Shown piece after piece: positions 43,369-52,675 of a stretch of 53,682 bases of DNA (the first letter of the stretch is position 1; each line of letters opens with the position of its first letter). The DNA comes from a virus (Duplodnaviria; Caudoviricetes): positions 1-53,682 of the IMG/VR virus record IMGVR_UViG_3300037393_000027; one strand, 5' to 3'. A program made the translations under genes and the position numbers. The notes below the pieces were generated by a model. It did no database searches. It was not told the origin of the DNA and saw nothing but the letters and a program-made list of their open reading frames with translations.

Positions 43369-43586
43369 GCCCCGAGGCGGAGTGCGCACTCAGCTTCCTC
43401 TATCACTCCCCGGTCGGTGATAGCCGAGCCGTCACGACGAAAGCCCTCCGGGAGGTCATGCTCGAAACTGGGGGCGACCTGACTCACGTCTTCAACGGCT
43501 ACGTGACCCTCACCGAGATCCGAAAGAAGTCCCTGGGCGCCGGGGTGTACAAGATCTACCTGGAGAAGAAGCGAGGTGAGAAGTGA
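43365..43586 (+). CDS. hypothetical protein
   Basis: KSLGAGVYKI motif; GTGA coupling. Confidence 0.55.
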   Translation: MSPEAECALSFLYHSPVGDSRAVTTKALREVMLETGGDLTHVFNGYVTLTEIRKKSLGAGVYKIYLEKKRGEK

Positions 43587-43918
43587 GCGAGGAGACCAAG
43601 TCACTCGAAAGCTACGAGCGCGAGGCCCTGGAGACCATTCTGGCCAGGGCGGCTATCGGGAAGCTTGCGGTCGAATCCGTGCGCCGGGACAGGGAGTGGA
43701 GAAACTCTTCCTGGAATGACTGCGAGCTGTACGAAGCAGACGATCCGGAGGTCGGAGGTGGTCAGCCCGCTTGCCCGTTCTACCCGATCGAGAGAGCGAT
43801 TCCGCGCAGTGATTGGTGCCCGAGGTGCTGGGAGACGGATGAGTTGAGGTCCGCCGCCCGAAGGGCTCGGCGCCGTCTACGCGACGCGGTGGCTCGATAC
43901 GAGAGGCTGACTCAATGA
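43583..43918 (+). CDS. hypothetical protein
   Basis: 111 aa; WCPRC. Confidence 0.5.
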   Translation: MSEETKSLESYEREALETILARAAIGKLAVESVRRDREWRNSSWNDCELYEADDPEVGGGQPACPFYPIERAIPRSDWCPRCWETDELRSAARRARRRLRDAVARYERLTQ

Positions 43919-44223
43919 CCCAGCAGCAGGAAGCCGCCCTGATCGCCGGCCATAACTCCCGCCGGCACGGCGCCTACCTTCGTAGTGCCGTTTTGGCACT
44001 ACATCGTAGAGGCCCTCTAACGGCCCTAGAAATGACGATCGGGACCAAGCTAAGGGTAGGGGTTCTTCGACAGCAGTTAAGCCGCGAGAAGGGCCGGGAA
44101 GTGCCATTTCTCATGGCTTCCTGGGGCAAGGATCGGTGCGGGGTGCGTGGATATCGGTGGAAACTGACGGCGGAGGGGCGGCGGTTCGCTAAGGAAGTGC
44201 TAGGCGAGGAGGGCCGGAAGTAG
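43915..44223 (+). CDS. possible winged-helix protein
   Basis: VLALHRRGPLTALEM...WKLTAEGRRFA; last plus-strand gene before convergence. Confidence 0.45.
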   Translation: MTQQQEAALIAGHNSRRHGAYLRSAVLALHRRGPLTALEMTIGTKLRVGVLRQQLSREKGREVPFLMASWGKDRCGVRGYRWKLTAEGRRFAKEVLGEEGRK

Positions 44224-44240
44224 ATACATGTACCTACTTC

Positions 44241-44465
44241 TCAACTACCATCCCCTTCCGCCTCCCGATAAGCCAACTCATAAGCCCGCAGCTCGCTCAT
44301 CCCCTTCGCAACCAACACCGCAGCCCGCGCCGAGACTCTCCTCTGCCGGGCTGCTTCGGCGCGTCGGGCCATCTTGCCGTGGTCGGGATGGCCGTAGACG
44401 TGGACCAGGGAGTCGACCGTGTCGGGGTCAGAGAGTTTCATCGACTCCACCTTCCGAACACTCAT
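44241..44465 (-). CDS. hypothetical protein
   Basis: 74 aa at the end of the leftward operon. Confidence 0.4.
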   Translation of the reverse strand: MSVRKVESMKLSDPDTVDSLVHVYGHPDHGKMARRAEAARQRRVSARAAVLVAKGMSELRAYELAYREAEGDGS

Positions 44466-44751
44466 GGATGATGCAGTCGTTCGCGTTATCGCAGGCCGTC
44501 AACGCATCGCCCAGATTCGGCCAGAAGTCGCAGGGCAGGCCGTCTACCAACTCCGGGTCACTCGCGCAGTACCACTCGATTCGGCTGTTCGCGAGCCGCT
44601 GCTTGAGGCGCCACATGAAGGGAGCCCCATCCTCGCCGTCGAGGAACGCGCTGGGCGCCTCCCAGATGCTGTTCTCGTCATCGTCGAAGATCTCGGCCCA
44701 GGTGAGGCGACGGAACTTCTGGTTGGGCACTTCCTGTGCGTAGAAGATCAT
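44428..44751 (-). CDS. hypothetical acidic protein
   Basis: 107 aa, ATGA coupling. Confidence 0.5.
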   Translation of the reverse strand: MIFYAQEVPNQKFRRLTWAEIFDDDENSIWEAPSAFLDGEDGAPFMWRLKQRLANSRIEWYCASDPELVDGLPCDFWPNLGDALTACDNANDCIIHECSEGGVDETL

Positions 44752-44971
44752 GCCGTCTCCCTCATAACCATCCTGTCCATCAAAGACCTAATTCCGGCTA
44801 CGCTGTCGTCGGTGACGAGAATGTCCGCCTCGTCGTTCCCCGGCAGTCTGCCGATAACGGTCAAGCGGTAGTGAGGGCGACGAGATTCAGGAAGCAGAGT
44901 CCGAACTCTCTCTTCGAGAGCATCGGCGATATCCATTCGTAGACCCTCAAGCAGCTCTTCCTGCGGTCGCA

Positions 44972-45274
44972 TCACCGCCCCTCCCTCATCTGCCGCTCGA
45001 AGTCGGCGAGGCAGGCGTCGATGTCGCGCTTCACGGCGGATGCGATGTCGCCAGGGGGGAGGCCGGCGCAGTACCGGTCCATCGCATCGCTCATCACAGA
45101 TCGCCAGGCGGGATCGGCGTACGGATTCTCCTTCCAGGTGACGCGACGAGGAAGTGGTCCCTTCGAATCGCTCTCCAGGTTCTTCTTGGTCACCGTGAAG
45201 CGGTTCGTCGTACTGCCGAAGGCGACGCCAAGCGAGTTGTTGTTCCAATCCTTGTACTCGTAGTTCATCCCCAT
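44972..45274 (-). CDS. hypothetical protein
   Basis: Likely start MGMNYEYKD with AGGAGG RBS. Confidence 0.45.
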   Translation of the reverse strand: MGMNYEYKDWNNNSLGVAFGSTTNRFTVTKKNLESDSKGPLPRRVTWKENPYADPAWRSVMSDAMDRYCAGLPPGDIASAVKRDIDACLADFERQMREGR

Positions 45275-45275
45275 C

Positions 45276-45635
45276 TCACGTCCTCCTGAAAATCGGTATG
45301 CCCTTCGCCTTGGCGAAGGCGGTACAGCGCTCTGTCCCGACATTGCCCCCAAACCGCGCCAGGGCATCCGCAACATCGACCATCTGAGAACTGCGGAGGG
45401 GTCCCGCTGGCAGTCCCTTGCCCTTCCAGTCGGCATCGAACATGACAAACGGCGCGGAACGATCCCCACTCAGGAGCCTTGCTTCGAGTCGCTTGCGGAC
45501 CTCGCGATCAACCCCGGTTGGGCAGTCGCCGAGGACGAAGAGCGTTCCACCGACCGACTCGTAGACGCTCATCAGCCACGCGAAGTCCTCATCGCTCACG
45601 TGAACGTCCCGGCCTCCGGTGACGGCGAGGTTCAT
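45276..45635 (-). CDS. SLOG family (YspA/DUF2493-like) protein
   Basis: LAVTGGRD, GDCPTGVD, ADWK..G..AGPLR..QM, G..GT motifs. Confidence 0.75.
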   Translation of the reverse strand: MNLAVTGGRDVHVSDEDFAWLMSVYESVGGTLFVLGDCPTGVDREVRKRLEARLLSGDRSAPFVMFDADWKGKGLPAGPLRSSQMVDVADALARFGGNVGTERCTAFAKAKGIPIFRRT

Positions 45636-45862
45636 CGACCATCTCTCCATTGCGCCAGGGCCTTGCCGAGAGGCTCGGTTCGCTCCTCGATCGCCTTGAC
45701 CCTCCTCAGGAGCCACTGCGGGCAATCCTTGATACGGCCGAGCCGACCTAGGATGTAGCGAGCCTCCGCGTGCGCACCGTACGCCTTGGCGCAGAGCGTG
45801 TTTCTACGGTTGTACTCGTCGGCGAGGGCCTGCGCTTGGGGCTCATAGCCAAAGTCGCTCAT
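45632..45862 (-). CDS. hypothetical protein
   Basis: 76 aa, GGAGAGG RBS. Confidence 0.5.
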   Translation of the reverse strand: MSDFGYEPQAQALADEYNRRNTLCAKAYGAHAEARYILGRLGRIKDCPQWLLRRVKAIEERTEPLGKALAQWRDGR

Positions 45863-46119
45863 GGCACCTCTCCGTGAATGCGCGGCACATCAGGCAACGA
45901 GCAGGCTGGGCACGGAGGGCACTCGTGGCACTCACCTCGCGGCTCGTCGTGGCTAGCGCAGACGTCACCCTGGCGTACACCAACCCAGCAGTTGCCGCCG
46001 CGAACGTGCTTCACCTTCACGTCCTCCTCACGGCGAGGCCAGCTCCACGGGCAGGAGCAGAAGTGGTCGTTCACGGTCTCCGACATGGTGCAGTTCTCGT
46101 GATGGACGATGCGGCTCAT
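45859..46119 (-). CDS. Cys/His-rich hypothetical protein
   Basis: MSRIVHHENC...CHECPPCPAC; ATGA overlap with fic. Confidence 0.45.
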   Translation of the reverse strand: MSRIVHHENCTMSETVNDHFCSCPWSWPRREEDVKVKHVRGGNCWVGVRQGDVCASHDEPRGECHECPPCPACSLPDVPRIHGEVP

Positions 46120-46715
46120 GGGTTCCTCAGCGGGTAGCCCCAGAAATCTGCGGGCGGGAAGATTGGCGAGCCAAGTGTCCCATTGAGCCAGTTCAGGATG
46201 CACTTTCCGGTGCGGCCATTTCCATCGACGAAGGGGTGCACTCCTTCGAACTCTCGGTAGAAGTCCAGTGGCTCCATGCCCTGACGACGAAGCTTGGTCA
46301 GTAGGTCTTCGAGTCTCGGGATCACTTCTTCGTGCGGCGGGCAGGCATGATTGCCGACTCGTACGTTGACGGTACGAAACCCAAGAGCGTTCTTTTCCGG
46401 CTCGATGAGCCTCCCGAGACCGCAGATCATCTCGGAGCACATGAACTCGACAGGTCTACTGGCCGCCAGTTGCCAGGCACGACCCATGTTCACGACTCGA
46501 ATTCCACCGTCGCTCCAAACCGCCAGATCATGCCCCTGCCGCCGGACCTCCTCCATGATGTACTCCAGGACAGTCCACTTTCTTTCAGAATTCACGGGAA
46601 ACGGGATTTCGTTCCGCATTCCTTCCATCATCGCCGCGAAGCGACGAAGGCGATCAACTTCAGGTTCTTGCCTCAACCCCTCCACCGCAGCGGCCCGGAT
46701 GTCGGCACGGGTCAT
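46116..46715 (-). CDS. Fic-domain protein
   Basis: FRTVNVRVG flap and HPFVDGNGRTGK catalytic loop. Confidence 0.85.
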   Translation of the reverse strand: MTRADIRAAAVEGLRQEPEVDRLRRFAAMMEGMRNEIPFPVNSERKWTVLEYIMEEVRRQGHDLAVWSDGGIRVVNMGRAWQLAASRPVEFMCSEMICGLGRLIEPEKNALGFRTVNVRVGNHACPPHEEVIPRLEDLLTKLRRQGMEPLDFYREFEGVHPFVDGNGRTGKCILNWLNGTLGSPIFPPADFWGYPLRNP

Positions 46716-47029
46716 GGCTTGGCTCCGGCGAGGAGGGTGGCGATCGAGGTAAGCCTCCCATTATGAGGGACTACGCCAACGACGTGCTCGATGCTTGCCA
46801 GCTCCCCGATCTTCGGAATCAGGCTCAGCAGGCGGACGGCCTCGGTGGCCTCCTCGCGGGAAAGCTCTCCCCCCTTCTTGACGAGCTTGTAGCCGTACGA
46901 GCCATCCGTAACGGCGATCATTTCCGGCAGCTCCTCCACCCCCTCCGCGTCCCACTTCACGCCGGCCTGCTCGGCGATGAAGGCTAGGGCGTAGGGGATC
47001 GGGAGGGATGAGAATTCGGACTTTTTCAT
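46712..47029 (-). CDS. hypothetical protein
   Basis: 105 aa; weak resemblance to 42755-43174 (ALA..AGV..E...L..LP...EA.E..R). Confidence 0.5.
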   Translation of the reverse strand: MKKSEFSSLPIPYALAFIAEQAGVKWDAEGVEELPEMIAVTDGSYGYKLVKKGGELSREEATEAVRLLSLIPKIGELASIEHVVGVVPHNGRLTSIATLLAGAKP

Positions 47030-47436
47030 GCGACCTCCTTCGTTTTATTCCAGGGACGCATCCTATGAATCTCTCCGATGCTCGGAAAGTTAGCGCCGGT
47101 GAATCGATAGGCACGATCATCGATGTAGATGAGGGCAGGCGGCTTCTCGTAGCTGAAGGTGATGTCGCAGAGACCGAATCCCCTAGAGCCGCCGCCCCAG
47201 ACAACTTCACCGTGCTCCAAGAGCCACTCCTTGATAGCTTCGACCCCCTCGGGAGTCTTACAGCGTGTCGAAAAGATCACCACATTGAACTTCTGGATCG
47301 TATGGAAGAGCCAAGCGATCGCCCCTTCAACCGGTGGGTCCGGGATCGTGTGCGCGTTGATCCACGGCGTGGTGTAGGAGTGTAGAACTCCATCAAAATC
47401 AACGGCCACTGTGTAGCGTTCCCCTTCGGTCTTCAT
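47026..47436 (-). CDS. HAD-superfamily hydrolase (nucleotidase-like)
   Basis: VAVDFDGV, FSTR, EKP and YIDDRA motifs. Confidence 0.8.
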   Translation of the reverse strand: MKTEGERYTVAVDFDGVLHSYTTPWINAHTIPDPPVEGAIAWLFHTIQKFNVVIFSTRCKTPEGVEAIKEWLLEHGEVVWGGGSRGFGLCDITFSYEKPPALIYIDDRAYRFTGANFPSIGEIHRMRPWNKTKEVA

Positions 47437-47455
47437 CTCTCCCCTCCTTGCCCCT

Positions 47456-47490
47456 AGATTAGCAGGACGAATGCGCTTGTCAAGGGGTTA
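47456..47490 (-). promoter_or_regulatory. TAACCCCTTGACA-type promoter
   Basis: TAACCCC-TTGACA-16 nt-TAATCT with extended -10 TG, then AAGGAGG and ATG. Confidence 0.75.
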
Positions 47491-47625
47491 CGATGAGTTT
47501 GTTTCGGACAGCCACCAGGGCTAGCGGGCCGAGGTGGAACTTGAAGAACGTGGCGTGCTGCTCGCGGTCGATGGAGCAGCGGAGGTGCCAGTGGCGGGGG
47601 TGGAAGTGACAGAAGAAAGAGAACT

Positions 47626-49665
47626 TCACGGCAGGCTCCAGTACCACTCGCCGTTCGTATCGTCGCTCCGGCTCATCTCGATCCCGAGGCGCTCTTTGGC
47701 GATCAGCAGGATATCGCTGCGGATGCCGATCCCCCGACCTCCCGACAGAATCTCCTTCGCCTTCTTCCTGCGCGCCCTCAGCTCCGCCTCAAGGTACTGT
47801 TCGGCCATCCGAACCTGCTCGCGATTCATCCCGGTAGCCTGCGCCGCAATGAGGCGATCCGCTGGCCACTTGGCGTCGGGCGCCAGGAAGTGCGCCCAGA
47901 TGAGCTGGTCGTCCCCCGGCATCTGCTGGCGAATCTCGTAGTGCAGCGAGGCCCCTAGGCGCGTGTAGTTGGACTTTCGATGGGCGAAGTAGCGACGGCT
48001 TCCGGTACGATCGACAGGGTCCTCGTAACAGCTCAGGACGGACCGAGATGTGTTCCAGAACTGCTGTGATCCCATGATGTCGTCCTGCTTGTTGTGGTGG
48101 CAGACAACAATCACGGCAAGGTCTGCATCCTGCGCCAGGCCAACCAGCGGCTTGAGGATACTGGCCACCTCGTTGGAGCGGTTCATGTCGAGATGGTTCG
48201 CCATGAAGTTCACGATGGGGTCGATGATGAGCAGCTTCGGGCGGAACATCTCGACGGCCAGCTCGATTTCGGTCAGCCCGGCCTGATCCAGGATGAACTG
48301 GCTACCCAGGTTCATCTTCTTCACGACGATGTTCGAGAGGTCGGCAGCGGCGGCATGGAGGCGCGGTTGAAGGACTGAATCGGCGTCGTCCTCTGCGCTG
48401 AAGAACAGTACCGGACCCTGTTCGACGTCCATGCCACCAAGCTGCTTGCCGGTGCTCACGTGGGCCGCGATAGAGGCCACGCCAAGCGACTTTCCGCGCC
48501 CACCAGGTCCGGACACCAGGGTGATCTCTTTCTTCGGGATGTAGGGCTTCAGGAGGTGACCAATGAGACGGCGCTCGACGTTGCTCAGGAAGACGTAGCC
48601 GGTGGCCGGAGAGCTGGGGTGCGGAATGACTTCGGGAACGGGTTGGGGGCCTCCGCCAAAAAGAGCCACAACCTCATCCAGTGCGGCGCTGTTGGGCGAA
48701 GTCGCGCCCCCCGCTGTCGCTGTCGGGAAGGGTAGAATTCCACGCTCCTCCCAGCGAGTATCCTGACCGTACGTTCTGGCGTTCCGCAGCTTCTTCCAGA
48801 GATGGGGATCGCGCCACGGAGGAGAGCACCGCAGATTCCATTCGGTGAAGACATCGAAAACGGCCTGGTCTGTCAGCGGAAACTTAGCCATGATCTTGCA
48901 CATGGCCTTGTACGTTGCCGTGTCCCCTCCTTCGCCCTCTATGGCCGGATCGAACGGAGCCAAGTAGTGGCGAGCCCAATTGACAATCCTCGGGTTGTCC
49001 GTGTACCCCTGCCTGTCCGCCAAGGCGGCTCGTTTTGGAAGCTCGATCAGTCGATCGGGGAGGGGTGGCAGGCAGTCCAGCATCTCCGGCGTCCAAAGAT
49101 CCTGCTCTTCGTAGATCATCCCGGATGCATGCCGCGATCCCGGAGCCAAGACGTAGCCTCCATCGGCTCGTATGTCCATGGCCAAGTTGCCGGCATCTGT
49201 GTGAATTTTTACCTGATTCCTGACGACCCTCTCCGGCCTAGCGTAGTAATGGTGTGACTTTCGAAATCCATCCAACCCTTCGCTTGTCAGGCACACCATC
49301 GGGGTCGCCTCAAGATTGCGCGATGACCAGGCCGTGGCCCCGGATGAGTCGCAATCAACAACGACGGTGTGGCTGGAGACCCCAGTTGGGATGCCGATGT
49401 TGAAGAGGTTCCTCCCGGTGAAAAACCAATCCTTAACCTTGCCCTCCTCGGGCATTGATTCCTGGTACTCCTTCCAGCCAACCATTGCCCGCTTCCCGGT
49501 CTGGCCCCTGTCCCAGGTGTCGGCCAAGTGTGGCGGGATAGGCTCCCAGGGGTGATGAATTGGTATCACCGGGAGTCCCAGTTCGTGGTAGAGGTGGCTG
49601 GCCATTTTAGCGATCCTGTCGATTTCTTCTGCTCTTTCGTCGGCGTCCATCGAGGGCTGAGTCAC
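47626..49665 (-). CDS. bifunctional primase-polymerase fused to a RepA-like (AAA_25) helicase
   Basis: NIGIPTG, VVVDCD, HHYY and DIRADGGYVLAPGS.H motifs; PriCT-like helices; GPGGRGKS Walker A, SAED, LLIIDP, VVCHHNK. Confidence 0.88.
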   Translation of the reverse strand: MTQPSMDADERAEEIDRIAKMASHLYHELGLPVIPIHHPWEPIPPHLADTWDRGQTGKRAMVGWKEYQESMPEEGKVKDWFFTGRNLFNIGIPTGVSSHTVVVDCDSSGATAWSSRNLEATPMVCLTSEGLDGFRKSHHYYARPERVVRNQVKIHTDAGNLAMDIRADGGYVLAPGSRHASGMIYEEQDLWTPEMLDCLPPLPDRLIELPKRAALADRQGYTDNPRIVNWARHYLAPFDPAIEGEGGDTATYKAMCKIMAKFPLTDQAVFDVFTEWNLRCSPPWRDPHLWKKLRNARTYGQDTRWEERGILPFPTATAGGATSPNSAALDEVVALFGGGPQPVPEVIPHPSSPATGYVFLSNVERRLIGHLLKPYIPKKEITLVSGPGGRGKSLGVASIAAHVSTGKQLGGMDVEQGPVLFFSAEDDADSVLQPRLHAAAADLSNIVVKKMNLGSQFILDQAGLTEIELAVEMFRPKLLIIDPIVNFMANHLDMNRSNEVASILKPLVGLAQDADLAVIVVCHHNKQDDIMGSQQFWNTSRSVLSCYEDPVDRTGSRRYFAHRKSNYTRLGASLHYEIRQQMPGDDQLIWAHFLAPDAKWPADRLIAAQATGMNREQVRMAEQYLEAELRARRKKAKEILSGGRGIGIRSDILLIAKERLGIEMSRSDDTNGEWYWSLP

Positions 49666-50484
49666 CTAGTTCGAGAAGGGATCTGGTTTAGCGTCGAGGG
49701 CCATTTCGAGTTCAAGCTGGGCAATGACTCGGTCGTTCTCCTCTTCATCCTTGGCGTCCAGAAGTGAGAAGTTGTAGATATTCTTAAGGGTTCCTATAAC
49801 CACGCAGAAGGTATGGTTCTTTGCGATTTTACGGTCCGGCCAGTCATCGAACCGCCAGCCTTTGCAGGCCGCCGCCAGGAGGCGGTGCGCCTCTTCCGGG
49901 GTCTCTCCGTTTTTCTTCAGGGCGGTCCACTGGGCGTAGTAGAAGTCTTGCTCGTTCTTTTTCGGACCGTACTTTTCGGCCTCGGCCCCCATTAGGGAGG
50001 CGTGGTAGGCCCTCGATGCTTCCAAGTACTCCGGAGACGGCTTCCACTCAACGGGCTGTTTCTTCGTTCTTTTCTTTCTACTTACTTTGTCTCCGTCAGG
50101 TACTCCGCAATCGTACTCGCTACTGTCTTCGCAACCGTCCCACGGCTTCTGATAAACCTCATATTTTTCAACAAGATAAGTGGTACCGTCAACGCCGCTA
50201 CGAACCTCTCTTAGCCTGCCTTCGTTGGTGCACATGGAAAGCCACCTTGACACCCTGCCACTCGACCACTGCCAGCGAGCAGCTAGAAACCTTATGGACA
50301 GCAGCAGCTCCCCCCTGGCGAGGGGAACGGTCCTGGTTCCAACTCTCTTTTGGTGATCTGCATACGCAGCCATTTGTATGGTGTCAATCCAGGCTTCTGC
50401 TAGGGAATACTCCCTGGGCTTGTTCCAGTCTGGATCTTCTTCAAAAAACTTCCTGGATAAGGTTACCCAGCCATAGTTTTTCAT
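49666..50484 (-). CDS. phage replication initiator-like protein
   Basis: GWV.LSRK, AWID.I..A, L.RGE...S.R.LA.RW.WS...V.R.L winged-helix N-terminus. Confidence 0.7.
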   Translation of the reverse strand: MKNYGWVTLSRKFFEEDPDWNKPREYSLAEAWIDTIQMAAYADHQKRVGTRTVPLARGELLLSIRFLAARWQWSSGRVSRWLSMCTNEGRLREVRSGVDGTTYLVEKYEVYQKPWDGCEDSSEYDCGVPDGDKVSRKKRTKKQPVEWKPSPEYLEASRAYHASLMGAEAEKYGPKKNEQDFYYAQWTALKKNGETPEEAHRLLAAACKGWRFDDWPDRKIAKNHTFCVVIGTLKNIYNFSLLDAKDEEENDRVIAQLELEMALDAKPDPFSN

Positions 50485-50491
50485 TCTTGCT

Positions 50492-51712
50492 TCATTCCGT
50501 CAATCCATACGCAGCCCAAAACTCCTGCTTTCTAGTTTGTGAGCGCGTGCGCCCCCGGCCTAGTTCTCGCTTCAGCCCGGGCAGTTTCGCAGTAGACGCA
50601 ATGCCACCGCCAGCGCTTCCCGGTCCACGAGCTAAGATGACCGCCAAGCCGGCGGCCCTGAGATTTAGAGCGGCATTGTGATCGCGATCCAGCTCGATAC
50701 CGCACGCCGCGCAACGATAGACACGATCCTTCAACGAGAGATCACTCTTGGAGTTGCCGCACCCAGAGCACGTCTTGCTCGACGGGTAGAACCGATCAAC
50801 CGTCAGCAGCTCGCAACCGGCGGCGGGCGCCTTGTAGGTGACCTGTCGCCGAAACTCTGACCAGCCCGCATCGGAGATCGAGCGCGCCAGGCTCCTGTTT
50901 TTGAGCATATTTCCGACCGCAAGGTCTTCCAAGACGATCGCTTGGTTTTCGCGAACGAGCCGAGTCGAGAGCTTGTGGAGAAAATCGTTGCGTATATTCG
51001 CTACTCTGGCGTGAGTGCGGGCAACGCAAGCCTTCGCCTTAGCCTTTCGCTTCGAGCCGTCCTGGCGCCGTGCGACTCGCCTCTGCTCTCGGCGCAATTG
51101 GCCGAGAGCGGCCCTTAAAGGCTTGGGGGCGGCGATCGACTCGCCGGTCGAAAATACCGCGAAAGACGTGAGGCCTAGGTCTACTCCTACCACGCCGTCG
51201 CCTTGCGGGATCGGCCCAGCGTCCGGCATCTCGACGGAGATCGATAGGAACCACCGGCCGGCCGTTTTTGATACCGTTGCGGATAGGATCTTACCGTCTA
51301 GGCGGAGAGACTCGCGCATCCTGACCCAACCGATTTTAGGGAGTCGCGCGCGCTTGCCGTCGAGTACTAGTCGGTCGTTCGGGACATAGTATGAGTCGTG
51401 CCGGCCCTTCTTTTTGAAGCGTGGGTACCGAGCGCGTTTCTCGAAGAAGTTCTTGAACGCCACGCCGAGGTTAGCGAACGCCTGCTGATTCGCCCCCTTA
51501 GGAGAGTCATAGACCCACGGGAACTCCGCCCGTTTCAGGGCGTTGAACTGAGCCTTCAGGCCGGCGGCAGTCGGCTTCTCCCCGGCTGCGTATCGGCGCC
51601 CCCATTCCGCGAGTGCCCAATTCCAGGTGAACCGCGCTACGCCGCACGCCCGAGACAGGGAGATGCCTTGCTCCACTGTTGGGTCGAGAGCGATTTTATG
51701 CGCGCGGTTCAT
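50492..51712 (-). CDS. tnpB: RNA-guided endonuclease TnpB (IS200/IS605/IS607 family)
   Basis: N-terminal HTH, YPRFKKK, RuvC VGVDLG / IVLEDL / DRDHNAA, Zn finger CSGC..CAAC. Confidence 0.93.
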   Translation of the reverse strand: MNRAHKIALDPTVEQGISLSRACGVARFTWNWALAEWGRRYAAGEKPTAAGLKAQFNALKRAEFPWVYDSPKGANQQAFANLGVAFKNFFEKRARYPRFKKKGRHDSYYVPNDRLVLDGKRARLPKIGWVRMRESLRLDGKILSATVSKTAGRWFLSISVEMPDAGPIPQGDGVVGVDLGLTSFAVFSTGESIAAPKPLRAALGQLRREQRRVARRQDGSKRKAKAKACVARTHARVANIRNDFLHKLSTRLVRENQAIVLEDLAVGNMLKNRSLARSISDAGWSEFRRQVTYKAPAAGCELLTVDRFYPSSKTCSGCGNSKSDLSLKDRVYRCAACGIELDRDHNAALNLRAAGLAVILARGPGSAGGGIASTAKLPGLKRELGRGRTRSQTRKQEFWAAYGLTE

Positions 51713-51733
51713 CGTCTAGTCCCTCCTCCCCCA

Positions 51734-52057
51734 TCACCCCTCCTCCTCTCCATTCCACGTGAACAGATCCGTAAATCCATCCGGATTACCGGTCGACATG
51801 AAAATTCCTAGGCGTGGCGGAAGGACTACAGGAATCGAGATGCGAACGCGCGGTCCCTTCTTCTCAACGTGGCAAATCGTGCAGACCTTGGCGTTTTGGT
51901 GGATCGTCTTCCGTTCGCACTTATCACACCATCCGGCATCGGGACCAGCTTGCTCTTCCGGGGTGCAGTTCCGCTCCTTGATGAGCCGGTGGTAGCGGTC
52001 GACCTGGTCTCCAAACGGACCGAGTGAGTCGGCCCAGCATTTCTCGCAACTAGCCAT
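51734..52057 (-). CDS. Cys-rich hypothetical protein
   Basis: MASCEKCW...CTPEEQAG...C..C. Confidence 0.55.
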   Translation of the reverse strand: MASCEKCWADSLGPFGDQVDRYHRLIKERNCTPEEQAGPDAGWCDKCERKTIHQNAKVCTICHVEKKGPRVRISIPVVLPPRLGIFMSTGNPDGFTDLFTWNGEEEG

Positions 52058-52265
52058 TGCTATCCTCCCCTTCCTCAAGCATTTGCGCCCCTTCAGCCCA
52101 CATGCAGCAGGCGTAGCACTGGCAGCCGAGGCCGTCCTCTGCCTCCTCGTGCACGGCGATCTGGCGGCGCTCCTCGCGTTGCCGCTCCTCCTCCCCAAGC
52201 CAGCCTCGTTCAGCGGCTCCCCGACGTCCTTCGGTCTCCCAGACTAGCGCTTCGGTGAAGTCCAT
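52050..52265 (-). CDS. hypothetical protein
   Basis: MDFTEALVW..., TGATG overlap. Confidence 0.4.
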   Translation of the reverse strand: MDFTEALVWETEGRRGAAERGWLGEEERQREERRQIAVHEEAEDGLGCQCYACCMWAEGAQMLEEGEDSNG

Positions 52266-52447
52266 CAGCCCTCCGGGTAGCGACGGTGAATGGGACCAGA
52301 AACTTTGATTGCGATGAGGGCGGTAGAAATACCGACAAGGAAGCTGGCCGTCACGTGGAATGCGTCTGAAGGCCAGTGGCGTACGAACGGGAGAATGGCC
52401 ACGTCGATCAGCATCGTGAGGAAGACCCTCCATGACCAGAGGCTCAT
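52265..52447 (-). CDS. small two-TM membrane protein
   Basis: Two hydrophobic segments; GGGGAG RBS. Confidence 0.45.
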   Translation of the reverse strand: MSLWSWRVFLTMLIDVAILPFVRHWPSDAFHVTASFLVGISTALIAIKVSGPIHRRYPEG

Positions 52448-52459
52448 CGCTTGCTCCCC

Positions 52460-52675
52460 TCACCGCCCATCAGAAGCCTCCTCGGAGCGAGGCTCGGCAG
52501 TCCACCACCACGAGATGTGCAGGGGAACGCAGGGAAGAAAGCAAATCCACAGGTCGACGTCGTTCCCGATTCTCTTCCAGAATGCGCCAACCCAGAGGTC
52601 TTGAATCTTCCACTCAAACTCCGCATGCCACTGGAAATCTCTGAGCCCGAAGAAGGATTTTCGGCGCCCCCTCAC
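52460..52675 (-). CDS. Trp-rich hypothetical phage protein
   Basis: QDLWVGAFW...LWIC.LPCVP. Confidence 0.5.
   Translation of the reverse strand: MRGRRKSFFGLRDFQWHAEFEWKIQDLWVGAFWKRIGNDVDLWICFLPCVPLHISWWWTAEPRSEEASDGR

Noticed and set aside
50361-50371. 11 nt match (CATACGCAGCC) to the putative TnpB guide region at 50506-50516
   Set aside because: Short, does not cover the predicted 5' seed, and the guide boundary is itself inferred; not enough to claim self-targeting
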